Shown here: piece by piece, positions 1 through 9,413 of the stretch
How the letters are laid out: each line of letters starts with the position of its first letter
Position numbering within the stretch: the stretch's first letter is position 1
From: a virus
IMG/VR virus record: IMGVR_UViG_3300050016_000171
Span: 1 to 64,000 of that record
Length of the DNA stretch: 64,000 bases
Reading direction: 5' to 3' (one strand)
The notes under the pieces: model-generated
What the model was told of the DNA's origin: nothing
Databases searched by the model: none
The model's input: the letters and a program-made list of their open reading frames with translations, nothing else
Position numbers and translations under genes: made by a program

Positions 1-1
1 T

Positions 2-286
2 GGCGTCAAGAAGATTTCTCGGGAGGCATTCGGGGATTCCAAGGGCGTCATTTCTTTGGGCCACGTCATGTCTGCGGTTTTCGGCGTCGCTGCGATCATT
101 TGGGTAAGTAGAATTCTGATCTTGACGCACGGCCTGCCTGCTCTCGACGGCATAACAGCTTTTGTTATCGGGCCGTACTCTGCGAACAAGATCGCAACAG
201 TGGCCCAGTCATTCAGTCAGAATCCAGTCACACCTACGGCACCGGCGGCTGTGCCTACGGCACCAGCACCAACCCCACAGCAGTAA
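2..286 (+). CDS. holin-like small membrane protein (5' end probably outside window)
   Basis: Frame is open from the window start; hydrophobic segments (HVMSAVFGVAAIIWVSRILIL, GITAFVIG) and a Pro/Ala/Thr tail; lies upstream of the packaging genes. Confidence 0.45.
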   Translation, partial: GVKKISREAFGDSKGVISLGHVMSAVFGVAAIIWVSRILILTHGLPALDGITAFVIGPYSANKIATVAQSFSQNPVTPTAPAAVPTAPAPTPQQ

Positions 287-297
287 AGGACGACCCA

Positions 298-993
298 GTG
301 ATGAAAATATTCGCAGTCGCGACGATAGCACTTCTGTTATTGTTTGCGCCCGCGGTATGTGCAAAAGGCACTGTGGTATCCACGGCTGCTTCCACCACGC
401 ACGAGATCGAGATGTCTACGCTCGTTTCGGGCGCCAAGTGTTCGGCGACGGCTATCGGGCCGCACGCTCTTTTGACGGCCTCACACTGTGAGCAGCCGAC
501 GAATGATATTCAGATTGACGGTAAGGACGCCACGATTTTGTTTCTGAAACGTGACGGCGGCGATCACACGATCTATTTCGTGGATCTCGGATTTAAGTCG
601 TGGGCCACAGTCAACGAATCTATCCCAGAGATGGGAGACGGCATTTTTATCATCGGCAATCCCGGCGAGTTGAACCACATATACCGGCACGGATATGTTT
701 CGTTGGTGAACCAGCCCAATGCACTCGAAGCAGCTTTAGCGGGCGAGGACGCGTCCACGGCGATTGCTTACGACATCAACGGGTATTTCGGCGATTCGGG
801 CGCCGCGGTGTTCAATGAGGCCGGTGAAGTCTCCGGCGTCCTGAGTCTCGTCGATACCCAGACAAAGAAAGACGCAGAGCGTGACGGCGAAACCACCGCC
901 ATGAAGATGATGTACGGATTCGCATTCAAATTTTCTGCTGACGATTTGAAACAGGCACAGACCTACGTGCCCGTAGTCGCACCGAAGAAATAA
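298..993 (+). CDS. secreted trypsin-like (S1) serine protease
   Basis: N-terminal signal peptide (MKIFAVATIALLLLFAPAVCA); catalytic motifs LLTASHC and GYFGDSGAAVF. Confidence 0.85.
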   Translation: MMKIFAVATIALLLLFAPAVCAKGTVVSTAASTTHEIEMSTLVSGAKCSATAIGPHALLTASHCEQPTNDIQIDGKDATILFLKRDGGDHTIYFVDLGFKSWATVNESIPEMGDGIFIIGNPGELNHIYRHGYVSLVNQPNALEAALAGEDASTAIAYDINGYFGDSGAAVFNEAGEVSGVLSLVDTQTKKDAERDGETTAMKMMYGFAFKFSADDLKQAQTYVPVVAPKK

Positions 994-1094
994 GATTGTT
1001 CAGGGAAAGCGCGATACCGCAGAGGCCGGTTAAGCCGCGAAGGTGAGCACTCCCCTCGACATGAACACAGCCTCAACTTTTTCTAGGAGTCCAC

Positions 1095-1331
1095 ATGGGC
1101 GCAGCATCAGGAATCACAGCAGCATTGGCAGGTGCAAAGAACACGTTGAAAGAAGCTAACGACAAATTTCCTTCGCCTAAGCCTTCAGGCCAGCACGCCG
1201 CAGCGCCGTACAAGATGGCCCGTAAGGCCACGGTGGCCGTGCCAGCAAAACCAGACGACGAAGTAGAAGACACTGGAAAATCGCTCGGTGACAAAGCAGC
1301 AAACATCAAGGCGTATAAAGACGCTCAGTAG
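1095..1331 (+). CDS. small hypothetical protein
   Basis: AGGAG RBS, 78 aa, colinear with the operon. Confidence 0.65.
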   Translation: MGAASGITAALAGAKNTLKEANDKFPSPKPSGQHAAAPYKMARKATVAVPAKPDDEVEDTGKSLGDKAANIKAYKDAQ

Positions 1332-1390
1332 TCGCAGCACGCCCTACCGCAGTACAATAGATGTTGCAGCACAATCAATGGAGAAAGGAC

Positions 1391-3487
1391 ATGCCTATCA
1401 CAGGCGATGCAAAGCGGGAAGCAAATAAGAAAGCGTGGGCCATCAAGAAGGCGACTCGCGCGTTAACGGAAAAAGTAGAACTTGAGCCAGCACAGGATGT
1501 GCAGGACGTACTCGCGCACGCCGCGCTTATGGACGACGACCGGGTACTGATTCAGGACGCTCGTCCTGAGATCCACTATCGATACAGGTCCGAAGTTCGC
1601 TCATGCACGCAGTTGGCTATGATCTTTCTCGGCATCATGCCGGAACGCGACGAGGAAGAGGAAGACAAGAAAAAGAAAAAGAAACGTGTGCTGAAGCCCT
1701 GCTCAGCCAAGATATTGGGTCGACGCGTCACGTTCGACGAGTGGCTTGAACTCCGCGATAAGGCACGCAAGAATTTGTTTTGGCTGTGTTATGAACTGTT
1801 GCGGCTCCGCTCCTTGAATCAAAGGGTGCACGGGCCTGTGTGCGACATGTTCGTCAAGAAGGACTTCGACGGGGTGTACTACGAGGGTTATACGCTTGAG
1901 GATATGCGTGAAGCGATTCACCGTTTCCCTCGCGAGAAGCGCATGCTGCTTCTGTTTCCTCGCGGTTTCTACAAGACGGTTATCAATTGCGCGGATTGCG
2001 TACAGTGGTTCTTGAACGCTCCAGATTGTATGATCTCGATTCTGTCGGGTACGGAAGAGTTGGCCGACGACTTTTTGGGAGAAGTTAAGAAACGGTTCAA
2101 TCTTCAGAGTAACGAAGACCCTACAGACTTTCATCTTTTGTTTCCTGAGTACATCTTGACCGGCATTAAGGGCACGTCGAATGAGGACATGTGGTGCCCC
2201 GCGGCGATCAATCACCAGAAGGACGCGTCTCTCTGGGTCCGCTCGATCAAGCAAGGTATCTCAGGTAAGCACGCCGACGTCCGTAAGATGGACGACGTTG
2301 TGACCAACTCGAACTCGGAAAACGAGGACGCGCGCAAATCCCTCAAGGCTAAGATCGATTCCTCGAAGTTCATCGTTGGCGGTCACGGCTTCACAGACAT
2401 TGTTGGAACCCGCTATTTTAGCGGCAAGGTTCCAGACTATTACGGCACTTTGATTGGGGCCGCGTCCGAAACCAACCCCTTGAAGGAGTATTGCCGGGGT
2501 GTTTGGACGGTCAAAGCTGGCTTCGAGAAAGTCAACATTCATGATCTTGAAGAGCACATGGTTGATCTTCTGTTTCCCGAGAAGATCGGCGAGGGCTTCA
2601 ACGAGTTGATGGCCGAACTCGGAACGACCGACGACGAAGAGCGTCAATTCCGAAACCAGAAATTGAATGATCCAACCGATGCTGAAATTGTAGATCCTTT
2701 CAGGATTACGTTTGACATAGATGTGCTCAAGCACCATGAATACTCGGGTCTGTATCGAGTCGATCCCCGCACGGAAGGCGACATCTTCGTCACCGGTGAC
2801 TGGGCCTATTCAGACAACAAATGGTCCGACTGGTCGGTGCTGGTTGCGGGCCGAACCTTTAAGCGCGCGAGCGACGGCAAGTGGGGATTCATTATTCTTG
2901 AGGTGAAGTTCGGAAAGTGGAAGTACTCCGAATTGGCTTTCCAGATCGTGATGTTCGCGAAGAAGTGGAATCCCAAGAAAGTCATGCTAGAAGAGATCAC
3001 AGGGGGCGACATCCTGAAGAGGGAGATCGCGTACCGCTGCATGATCCATGAGTATTCGTTTCAGCCTCTCATGATGAAGCCCGATCAGTCCAAGGGCGCC
3101 AAGAAGAACCGCATCAAGCAACTCGAAATTCTTCTCAACGACGATCTTATGTTCTTTGTCGGCGGCGACTGGATCGAAGAGACATTCAAGCAGTTCGTGC
3201 AGTACAAGGGTGAGAAGAGTACGAAGGCCCGCAAGGACGACATCCCGGACGCGATTGGGTACTTGCATCAGTTCCTTCCGACAAGCCTTCCTAGCCCAGA
3301 GATGGCAGCCCAGATGAAAGCGGCGCAAGATAAAGCCATGCGGGAGCACATGAAGAACGCAATTTTCGGCGGCGGGCAGAGCGCGTCAAGTCTCGCGTGG
3401 TCGGCAGTTCAGACAGCCGAACAGAAAGAATCACGAAACACCCCGTTCAATATTCCGGGGATCAGACCCAATAGGGGGAGAGCGTAG
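1391..3487 (+). CDS. terL: terminase large subunit
   Basis: Walker A-like LLFPRGFYKT, Walker B-like KMDDVV, RNase H-like VTGDWAYSD and DDIPDA; GAAAGGAC RBS before ATG 1391; directly upstream of the portal. Confidence 0.9.
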   Translation: MPITGDAKREANKKAWAIKKATRALTEKVELEPAQDVQDVLAHAALMDDDRVLIQDARPEIHYRYRSEVRSCTQLAMIFLGIMPERDEEEEDKKKKKKRVLKPCSAKILGRRVTFDEWLELRDKARKNLFWLCYELLRLRSLNQRVHGPVCDMFVKKDFDGVYYEGYTLEDMREAIHRFPREKRMLLLFPRGFYKTVINCADCVQWFLNAPDCMISILSGTEELADDFLGEVKKRFNLQSNEDPTDFHLLFPEYILTGIKGTSNEDMWCPAAINHQKDASLWVRSIKQGISGKHADVRKMDDVVTNSNSENEDARKSLKAKIDSSKFIVGGHGFTDIVGTRYFSGKVPDYYGTLIGAASETNPLKEYCRGVWTVKAGFEKVNIHDLEEHMVDLLFPEKIGEGFNELMAELGTTDDEERQFRNQKLNDPTDAEIVDPFRITFDIDVLKHHEYSGLYRVDPRTEGDIFVTGDWAYSDNKWSDWSVLVAGRTFKRASDGKWGFIILEVKFGKWKYSELAFQIVMFAKKWNPKKVMLEEITGGDILKREIAYRCMIHEYSFQPLMMKPDQSKGAKKNRIKQLEILLNDDLMFFVGGDWIEETFKQFVQYKGEKSTKARKDDIPDAIGYLHQFLPTSLPSPEMAAQMKAAQDKAMREHMKNAIFGGGQSASSLAWSAVQTAEQKESRNTPFNIPGIRPNRGRA

Positions 3488-5607
3488 TGTATAACGAAGA
3501 GAAACTTAATGCCGCGCGCGCGACCCTCCAAGAGCGGGTGCTGACACCCATCGGCGAAATTCACACAGAGGATATGAAGAGGGACGAAGATACAGGGACG
3601 ATGCAGTTTGTCGATGAAGCGGCCTTGAAACTCGTTCTTGACGACGCCAATACCTGCGCCACGTATATCAACGTGAACCAGTGGGCGTCGGGTTGGACTC
3701 TCTCGGACGTGATCTATCAGTCGCCCGCCTCGGCGAGCGCCTTTGACGGCGGCAACGTGGCTCAGGCCAACGTCCCTAAGTTTACGGTCAGTAACCACCT
3801 GAGTTCCATCGTCCCGAAGATCATGGGCGGAATCTTTTACGAAGATCCCCCGTTCCTTCTGCGCCCCATGCCGGACACGGATGAGGATACGGTCAAGGTC
3901 AAGACTGCGATCTATTCCGAACAGCTTTGGGAGATGAAGTTCGAAGAAGAAACCGAACGCCTGCTGGATCAGATGGGTCTCTTAGGGACGTGTATCGCCA
4001 AGTGGGGATACGTCGAGTACACCAAGAAAACGAAGCGTTACGTCCGCATCGACGATCCCCTGACGATTGATATGCCATCTGGCGTGCAGCAACAGGAGAC
4101 ACCGGAGTCCGACGAGTTCAAAACCGTTCTCGACGACAGTCTCGTTTCGCACCCTTGGCTCAAGTACTGCGACATTCGTACGGTGATGGTTGACCCATCG
4201 TGCCGCTACGGCGACATTCGTCGCGCGCACTACGTCATCTATCGCGACTACGCGACGTGGACAGATCTGGATCATCTGCGCGGCATCGACGGATACAATA
4301 TCCCGACCGAAGCGGAATTGAGGGCTCTTTTCTTGTCCAACCCTTCGACGGGTGCGGACAACATCAGTTTGACGCTGCCCGAAGGCATGCGTGGTTATTT
4401 GCAGCACGCTGTTCCGCGAAGCTATAAGACGACCGCGGACCCGACCGGGAACGCCCTTGAAATCCTCGAACGGTGGGACAACGAGAAGGTTATCGTTGTG
4501 TTGTGCTTTAATGGTCACAACGTCCTCATCAGAAACGAGGCGAATCCGTACGGCAAGCTTCCATTCCTGAGCGCAAACTGGCGCAATATCCCAGACGCGT
4601 TCTACGGGCAGGGGCTGGGCCAACTCATAGGAAGTGAGCAGCTGGTTGAACAGGGCATCACGAACATCGCCCTCGACTTGCTCGCCTATGGTTTGCAGCC
4701 GACCGCGATTCGTAAGAAGGGCTTCAACACTCCGACGCAGAACATCCGCTGGAAGCAGGGCGGCATCATCGACGTCGATGAAGATGTGGACAAGGCGTTC
4801 AAGTTCCTGACAATGCCCCCGGTCCCCGGCGAAGCTTGGACATTCATTCAGCAGGCCCAGAGTGCGGGCGCAGCGACATCAGGCGCCAACGAACAGGTTG
4901 TGCAGGGTGCAGGCGGCATGGGCAACAAGGCGACAGGTATGCGCTCCGGCACCGGAGCGGCGGCTGTCGTACAGGCCAACGCGTCGCGTTTGGACGGCCC
5001 GACAGGAAGGTTCGTTCGGCAGATTTTCATTCCGTGGCTATACATCATGGACGAACTGAACAACGATTGCCTCCCGACTTCTGTTATGCGGAAGATCGCC
5101 GGTCAGGTAATGGCGAAGACCTACAAGTTGGATCAGTTCAAACTACGCAACGCCAAGATGGAGTACGAAGTTCTGGCTGGCACGAAGCTGGGCGCTAAGA
5201 AGGAAATGGCGCAGTTCCTGCCGATCATGTTGCAGATCTTCAACAACCCGACCTTCACGCAGGACTTGGCCGCAGCCGGATACATTTTCGATCCAGTCGC
5301 GATCTTCCGTGCTTTTGCGGATGCAGCAGGCTGGAAGTTCTCTCAGGCTTTCTTGAAGAAGATGACGCCGGAGCAAATGGCAACGGCGAAGTCCAACACC
5401 AAGGCAGCCCTCATGCAAATGCAGTTGCAGGCAAAGGGCCAGTCTCAACAGGCGCAGTTCGAGCACGAAGAGACGATGGAAGATTCGAAGCAACTCGGCA
5501 AGGCCGGGAACGAAGTCCTCCGTCAGTCTATCGAGCAAGCCACCACGCCCGAGGAAGTTCAGGGCGAGCCCGGCGGTTCGGGGTTCGGTTCCACGCAAGC
5601 AATCTAA
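3487..5607 (+). CDS. portal protein (podovirus/P22-like)
   Basis: 706 aa, follows terL with overlapping TAG/GTG; portal-like RNEANPYGKLPF...PDAFYGQGLG segment and Gln-rich C-terminal coiled coil. Confidence 0.85.
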   Translation: MYNEEKLNAARATLQERVLTPIGEIHTEDMKRDEDTGTMQFVDEAALKLVLDDANTCATYINVNQWASGWTLSDVIYQSPASASAFDGGNVAQANVPKFTVSNHLSSIVPKIMGGIFYEDPPFLLRPMPDTDEDTVKVKTAIYSEQLWEMKFEEETERLLDQMGLLGTCIAKWGYVEYTKKTKRYVRIDDPLTIDMPSGVQQQETPESDEFKTVLDDSLVSHPWLKYCDIRTVMVDPSCRYGDIRRAHYVIYRDYATWTDLDHLRGIDGYNIPTEAELRALFLSNPSTGADNISLTLPEGMRGYLQHAVPRSYKTTADPTGNALEILERWDNEKVIVVLCFNGHNVLIRNEANPYGKLPFLSANWRNIPDAFYGQGLGQLIGSEQLVEQGITNIALDLLAYGLQPTAIRKKGFNTPTQNIRWKQGGIIDVDEDVDKAFKFLTMPPVPGEAWTFIQQAQSAGAATSGANEQVVQGAGGMGNKATGMRSGTGAAAVVQANASRLDGPTGRFVRQIFIPWLYIMDELNNDCLPTSVMRKIAGQVMAKTYKLDQFKLRNAKMEYEVLAGTKLGAKKEMAQFLPIMLQIFNNPTFTQDLAAAGYIFDPVAIFRAFADAAGWKFSQAFLKKMTPEQMATAKSNTKAALMQMQLQAKGQSQQAQFEHEETMEDSKQLGKAGNEVLRQSIEQATTPEEVQGEPGGSGFGSTQAI

Positions 5608-5629
5608 GTAGGCAAGAAAGGAAGTCCCA

Positions 5630-5995
5630 ATGAGCAGGATGCTTTTACGAGACATGTCAGATCAGGAACAGCTGAACCTTTGGGCCATGACGAAGCACCC
5701 GGGTTTCGATGTTCTCGTGGCCTTGATGGATGACGCTGTTCGCGAATCCGCGGCAGACCCCATTCGTCTCGATCCGGTCAAGACAGAGAATTATCCGATG
5801 GTATTGGAAAGACTCGCGCTAACGGCGCGCGCCACTAATGATTTCTGCATGTCGTTGCGCAACGCGGTTATGGCACACGTCAACGCCGCGGCGGCGAAAC
5901 AGAAGGAAGATGAAGAAGAAGCAAAATTGGATGAAGAAACCGACAAGATTCAAAGCACGATTCGGCTTCTCACCCTGCACGACAATGAACAATAA
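5630..5995 (+). CDS. hypothetical head-module protein
   Basis: AAAGGAAG RBS; small helical protein between portal and scaffold (HPGFDVL motif). Confidence 0.7.
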   Translation: MSRMLLRDMSDQEQLNLWAMTKHPGFDVLVALMDDAVRESAADPIRLDPVKTENYPMVLERLALTARATNDFCMSLRNAVMAHVNAAAAKQKEDEEEAKLDEETDKIQSTIRLLTLHDNEQ

Positions 5996-6007
5996 AAGGA
6001 GTATCAA

Positions 6008-7390
6008 ATGACAGTATCACCAGAACTCGTGAAGATGTTTGCTGGCGTTCTTGACCCCGCAGTGCCGCCAGCGCAGTACAAGACCCCCGCTATTTCGGAA
6101 CTGACGTACGCGGACGTTAAGAAGATGAGTGGGCAGCAGATGAAAGACATCCTCGCCCACCCGGAAGGCAAGATTAAGCTTGACGAACTCATTGCCGCAG
6201 AAATTGCGCGCAAGGGTGCGAAGGCAGCAGACCTGATCGCCGAACAGGCGGCAGCGGATAGTGAAGCGGCTCGCGTCGCGGCAGAAGCGGAGGCCGCAGC
6301 GGGCACAGTATTGGCAGAACCAGTAGCCCCGGCAGCCACGACCCCGACTCCTGAAGAGGAAGCGGCGGTAAAGGCGGCAGCGGACGCAGAAGCAGCGCGT
6401 GTCGCAACCGAGACCGAGGCAGCGCGGGTACAGGCGGAAGCGGCAGTCAAGGCTCTTCAGGCAGCTGAAGCGGCCAAGACCCCACAGCGGCATGTCTACG
6501 ATTACCAAGTGCGCGATGCCGATGGCAACCCGATTGGTAATAAGACCCACCTCGAAGCCACCTCGGCTGAAGAGTTGGAGCAGAAGAAACAGGAATCATA
6601 TCGGCAGGCGGTTTTGGCGATTGATCGGCTGAAGAAACAGAAGCCGACGTTCCGTCAACCCGAGCCGATTGTGGCGACACAGGCAGAATTGGACGAAGCA
6701 GCAGTTAACCTCGCGTCCGAAGACCCGAAAGTCCGCGCAGCAGCCGTTACAAAACTCGCCGGAGCGGCGGTCGAAGTTGAGAAAGCGAAAACGCGTCTCG
6801 CGGAGATCAACGCAACTCAGGCAAAAGAAAGTTACACGTTCCTGAGAGAACATATCGGGGACTACAACAACTGCGAAGCGAACAACAACATGTTGGCGAA
6901 GTTCCTTGAGGATAATAACCTTGAGTGGACAGCGACCAACCTTGGAATCGCTTTAGGAAACATTGAGGCACAATTGGCTCCCGTCATTCGACGTGAAGTC
7001 GCAGCACCAGCATCTGAACCGCCCGCGACCAATCCCGCACCGGCAGTTCAACCCGTTGCAACCGCTACGGCGGTACCAGCAGCGGCGCCAGCAGCGCCAG
7101 CAGCACCGGCTTCAACTCCGGCAGCAGCTGTTCCTGCGGCACCCGCAGCGCCCGCAGCCCCTGTCGTTAATCCGACTCCGGCAGCACCGGCGAAGCGTCC
7201 CGGGGTCAACGCAGGCCTTGTTCCGGGCACGACTCTCACGGGAGTCGCACCTGTTCCCAAGTCCGCAGCGCAGACCCGAACGGATCTGATCAAAGAACTG
7301 AAAACGATGTCAGCAGACGAGATGAAGCGTAGACACAAATTAGATCCAAAGTTCTACGACAAAATCAATGCTCTGTTGGTAAAGAAATAA
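6008..7390 (+). CDS. putative capsid scaffolding protein
   Basis: Ala/Glu/Pro-rich, low-complexity, coiled-coil-like protein immediately upstream of the capsid gene; AAGGAG RBS. Confidence 0.65.
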   Translation: MTVSPELVKMFAGVLDPAVPPAQYKTPAISELTYADVKKMSGQQMKDILAHPEGKIKLDELIAAEIARKGAKAADLIAEQAAADSEAARVAAEAEAAAGTVLAEPVAPAATTPTPEEEAAVKAAADAEAARVATETEAARVQAEAAVKALQAAEAAKTPQRHVYDYQVRDADGNPIGNKTHLEATSAEELEQKKQESYRQAVLAIDRLKKQKPTFRQPEPIVATQAELDEAAVNLASEDPKVRAAAVTKLAGAAVEVEKAKTRLAEINATQAKESYTFLREHIGDYNNCEANNNMLAKFLEDNNLEWTATNLGIALGNIEAQLAPVIRREVAAPASEPPATNPAPAVQPVATATAVPAAAPAAPAAPASTPAAAVPAAPAAPAAPVVNPTPAAPAKRPGVNAGLVPGTTLTGVAPVPKSAAQTRTDLIKELKTMSADEMKRRHKLDPKFYDKINALLVKK

Positions 7391-7422
7391 GTTCGCGGTT
7401 GGTTTCGTAACAAAGAGGCTTT

Positions 7423-8367
7423 ATGAGCGGTCCTACACCCTCAGCATCTAACGTCGGAAACGTTCTGACGGCTCAGGCAATTCTGTTCGACAAAGAATTG
7501 ATCCCGAACCTGAAGGGCGAAACTGACGCATTCGTAACCGTCGCAGAGCGGCGCGTTCAACCCCTGCACATGGGTATCAACCGTACCTTCTTCCAGTACA
7601 ATACACTGGCCGGAGATACTTCCCAGTCAGCGGACGGCGTGGTCGGTTCTCCGATGGAAGTCACCCAGATCAGTTCCCCCGCGCAAGTCGGCGAGTGGAA
7701 CAACTATTCCAACTTCAGCTCGTTCGCCATTGCTTCGGCAATCGATGAGTTGGTTGGCAATAGCGCAGTGGAACTCGGATATCAGGCTGGACAGAGCATT
7801 TCCGAACTGTACAGCACGGTAGCTGACTCCGCGGCGGCAGTGGACAGCACGGTCAACCAGAGTGGTTTGCTGGCAACGCCGTTCACCCTTGATCTCGCAA
7901 CGATCCGCGAGATGAAGCAGCAGCTCGTCAGCAATGACGTTCTGCCCTGCAAGAAAGGCAAGTTCATGGGCGCGATCAGCCCGAACGTGTTGGGAGACAT
8001 CTACAACGCGACGACTGTCAACAACTCAATCGTCGATCTGTGGAAGTACGCCAACATGAGCAAGTTCGACGAAATGGCTGGTTCTGACCAGACGAAAGAA
8101 ATCGAGTTGCCGGGCACGAACGTTGTGTTCCGTCAGACTCCGTTCGTCACGCAGACTCCGAACTACAGCGGATCGGGTTCCATCGCTTTCCGTACGTATG
8201 TGTTCGGTAACTATGCCATGATCGGCGTTTGGCTCGAAGTTCCGGGCGACACCGATTTGGATGAAGGCGATTGGCGCACCATCGACTGCAAAGTCGTGAC
8301 TGATGCTCCTCCGTCGTCTTTCGATCCGACAGCAACAATCGGCGGCTGGTGTGCTTACAAGTTTCAT
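7423..8367 (+). CDS. major capsid protein (N4-gp56-like), exon 1
   Basis: Position after the scaffold; capsid-like segments QVGEWNNYSNFSSFA and ELGYQAGQSISEL; interrupted after ...YKFH by a group I intron. Confidence 0.8.
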
Positions 8368-8582
8368 CGATCTGGTGCCCTCGCGGCGTAATCCGCGATG
8401 CGGAATCTTGGGTAATTGGCTTGAACCCCCGAGTGGGGAACAAGGCGGAAGTCGAAAGACACCGTGAGAGACTAAACCCTGAGACGGCCTTTGGGCCGAT
8501 GCGATAGTCCGACCATACGGAACAACAACCGTATGAAGCAAACAGAAATGATTTGCTCCACTGAAAAGTGAGTAACAATACG
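8368..8582 (+). ncRNA. group I self-splicing intron (215 nt, no ORF)
   Basis: 5' exon ends in U and the intron ends in G; P7 GACUA/UAGUC (agagactaaa...gcgatagtccg); P1 CAU:GUG with U-G wobble; P10 exon 2 CAGA pairs with IGS UCUG; P2, P5, P6a (gtc-gaaa-gac), P8 and P9 hairpins visible; removal restores the reading frame. Confidence 0.92.
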
Positions 8583-8663
8583 CAGACTGTAACGCTCCCT
8601 CCGGCGATAGGCGCTGGTACGCAACGTATTCGTTTTATTGACTCTGTTCCTGCGATTCAATAA
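8583..8663 (+). CDS. major capsid protein, exon 2 (QTVTLPPAIGAGTQRIRFIDSVPAIQ*)
   Basis: In frame with exon 1 after splicing; spliced product is 341 aa. Confidence 0.85.
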   Translation, partial: QTVTLPPAIGAGTQRIRFIDSVPAIQ

Positions 8664-8675
8664 AACAAAGACTGC

Positions 8676-8704
8676 TTGACACGGACGGCCATCTGTGTTA
8701 TGGT
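8676..8704 (+). promoter_or_regulatory. sigma70-type promoter for the GIY-YIG gene
   Basis: TTGACA-17 bp-TATGGT with extended -10 TG. Confidence 0.75.
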
Positions 8705-8720
8705 AGTTTTGTAATAAACC

Positions 8721-8773
8721 GTTTGAGGGGTGCCACAAACACCCCTCGAACAAATCCTTTTGTGGAGGATTTG
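8721..8773 (+). promoter_or_regulatory. two-hairpin kissing-loop leader, copy 1
   Basis: GTTTGAGGGGTG-[CCACAAA]-CACCCCTCGAAC then CAAATCCT-[TTTGTGG]-AGGATTTG; loops are exact reverse complements; covers the GGAGGA RBS. Confidence 0.8.
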
Positions 8774-8774
8774 A

Positions 8775-9413
8775 ATGTTTGTTTATCTGATTACGAATAG
8801 CATCAACGGAAAGAAGTATGTAGGTCAGCACTCCGGAAATGACCTGGATAAGTACTGGAGTCATTGTGTCGCCCACGCTTTAAGAGGCAGCAGTGATAAG
8901 CCGTATCTGTACAATGCCGTCCGAAAATACAGACCTGAAAATCTCTGTATTAAACCCCTCGTAATAGTTGGGACTAAATGGGAAATGGATTTGTATGAGA
9001 AAGGGATGATAAAAGCTCTTAACACCCGAAAGCCGTTTGGATATAATATCACAGAAGGCGGAGACGGCGTTCTTGGTTTGAGGCATTCCGAAGAATCAAA
9101 TCAGAAAAACAGAGAAGCGCATTTAGGTCGAAAAGACTCTCCTGAGACCATAGAGAAAAAGAGAGCGGTATGGGTTGGGCGCAAACATACGGAAGAGACT
9201 AAATTAAAAATGTCTCTACATGTTAAATCAGAAGAACACCGAAAAAAGATTTCAATTGCGAAGATGGGGAACACAGCAAGACTGGGTATGAAAAATACAA
9301 CACACTCTAGGCGTCCTAGGTCTGTTGAAGTGAGACTGAAAATGTCTGAGGCGCAAAAGCGTCGCAGAGAAAGAGAAAGGCAAGACGATGGCAATACAGT
9401 TGGCAGGCGGTAA
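8775..9413 (+). CDS. free-standing GIY-YIG homing endonuclease with NUMOD3 repeats
   Basis: FVYLITNSINGKKYVGQ, GYN motif, repeats such as GRKHTEETKLKMS and KSEEHRKKIS; AT-richer than its neighbours. Confidence 0.9.
   Translation: MFVYLITNSINGKKYVGQHSGNDLDKYWSHCVAHALRGSSDKPYLYNAVRKYRPENLCIKPLVIVGTKWEMDLYEKGMIKALNTRKPFGYNITEGGDGVLGLRHSEESNQKNREAHLGRKDSPETIEKKRAVWVGRKHTEETKLKMSLHVKSEEHRKKISIAKMGNTARLGMKNTTHSRRPRSVEVRLKMSEAQKRRRERERQDDGNTVGRR

Noticed and set aside
1361-3487. Intein or intron in the long terminase
   Set aside because: No intein splice motifs seen; the extra length is N- and C-terminal extension.
8368-8391. Capsid C-terminus RSGALAA, resembling an ssrA degron
   Set aside because: It arises only from read-through into the intron. 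It could destabilise unspliced product, but chance cannot be excluded from one sequence.
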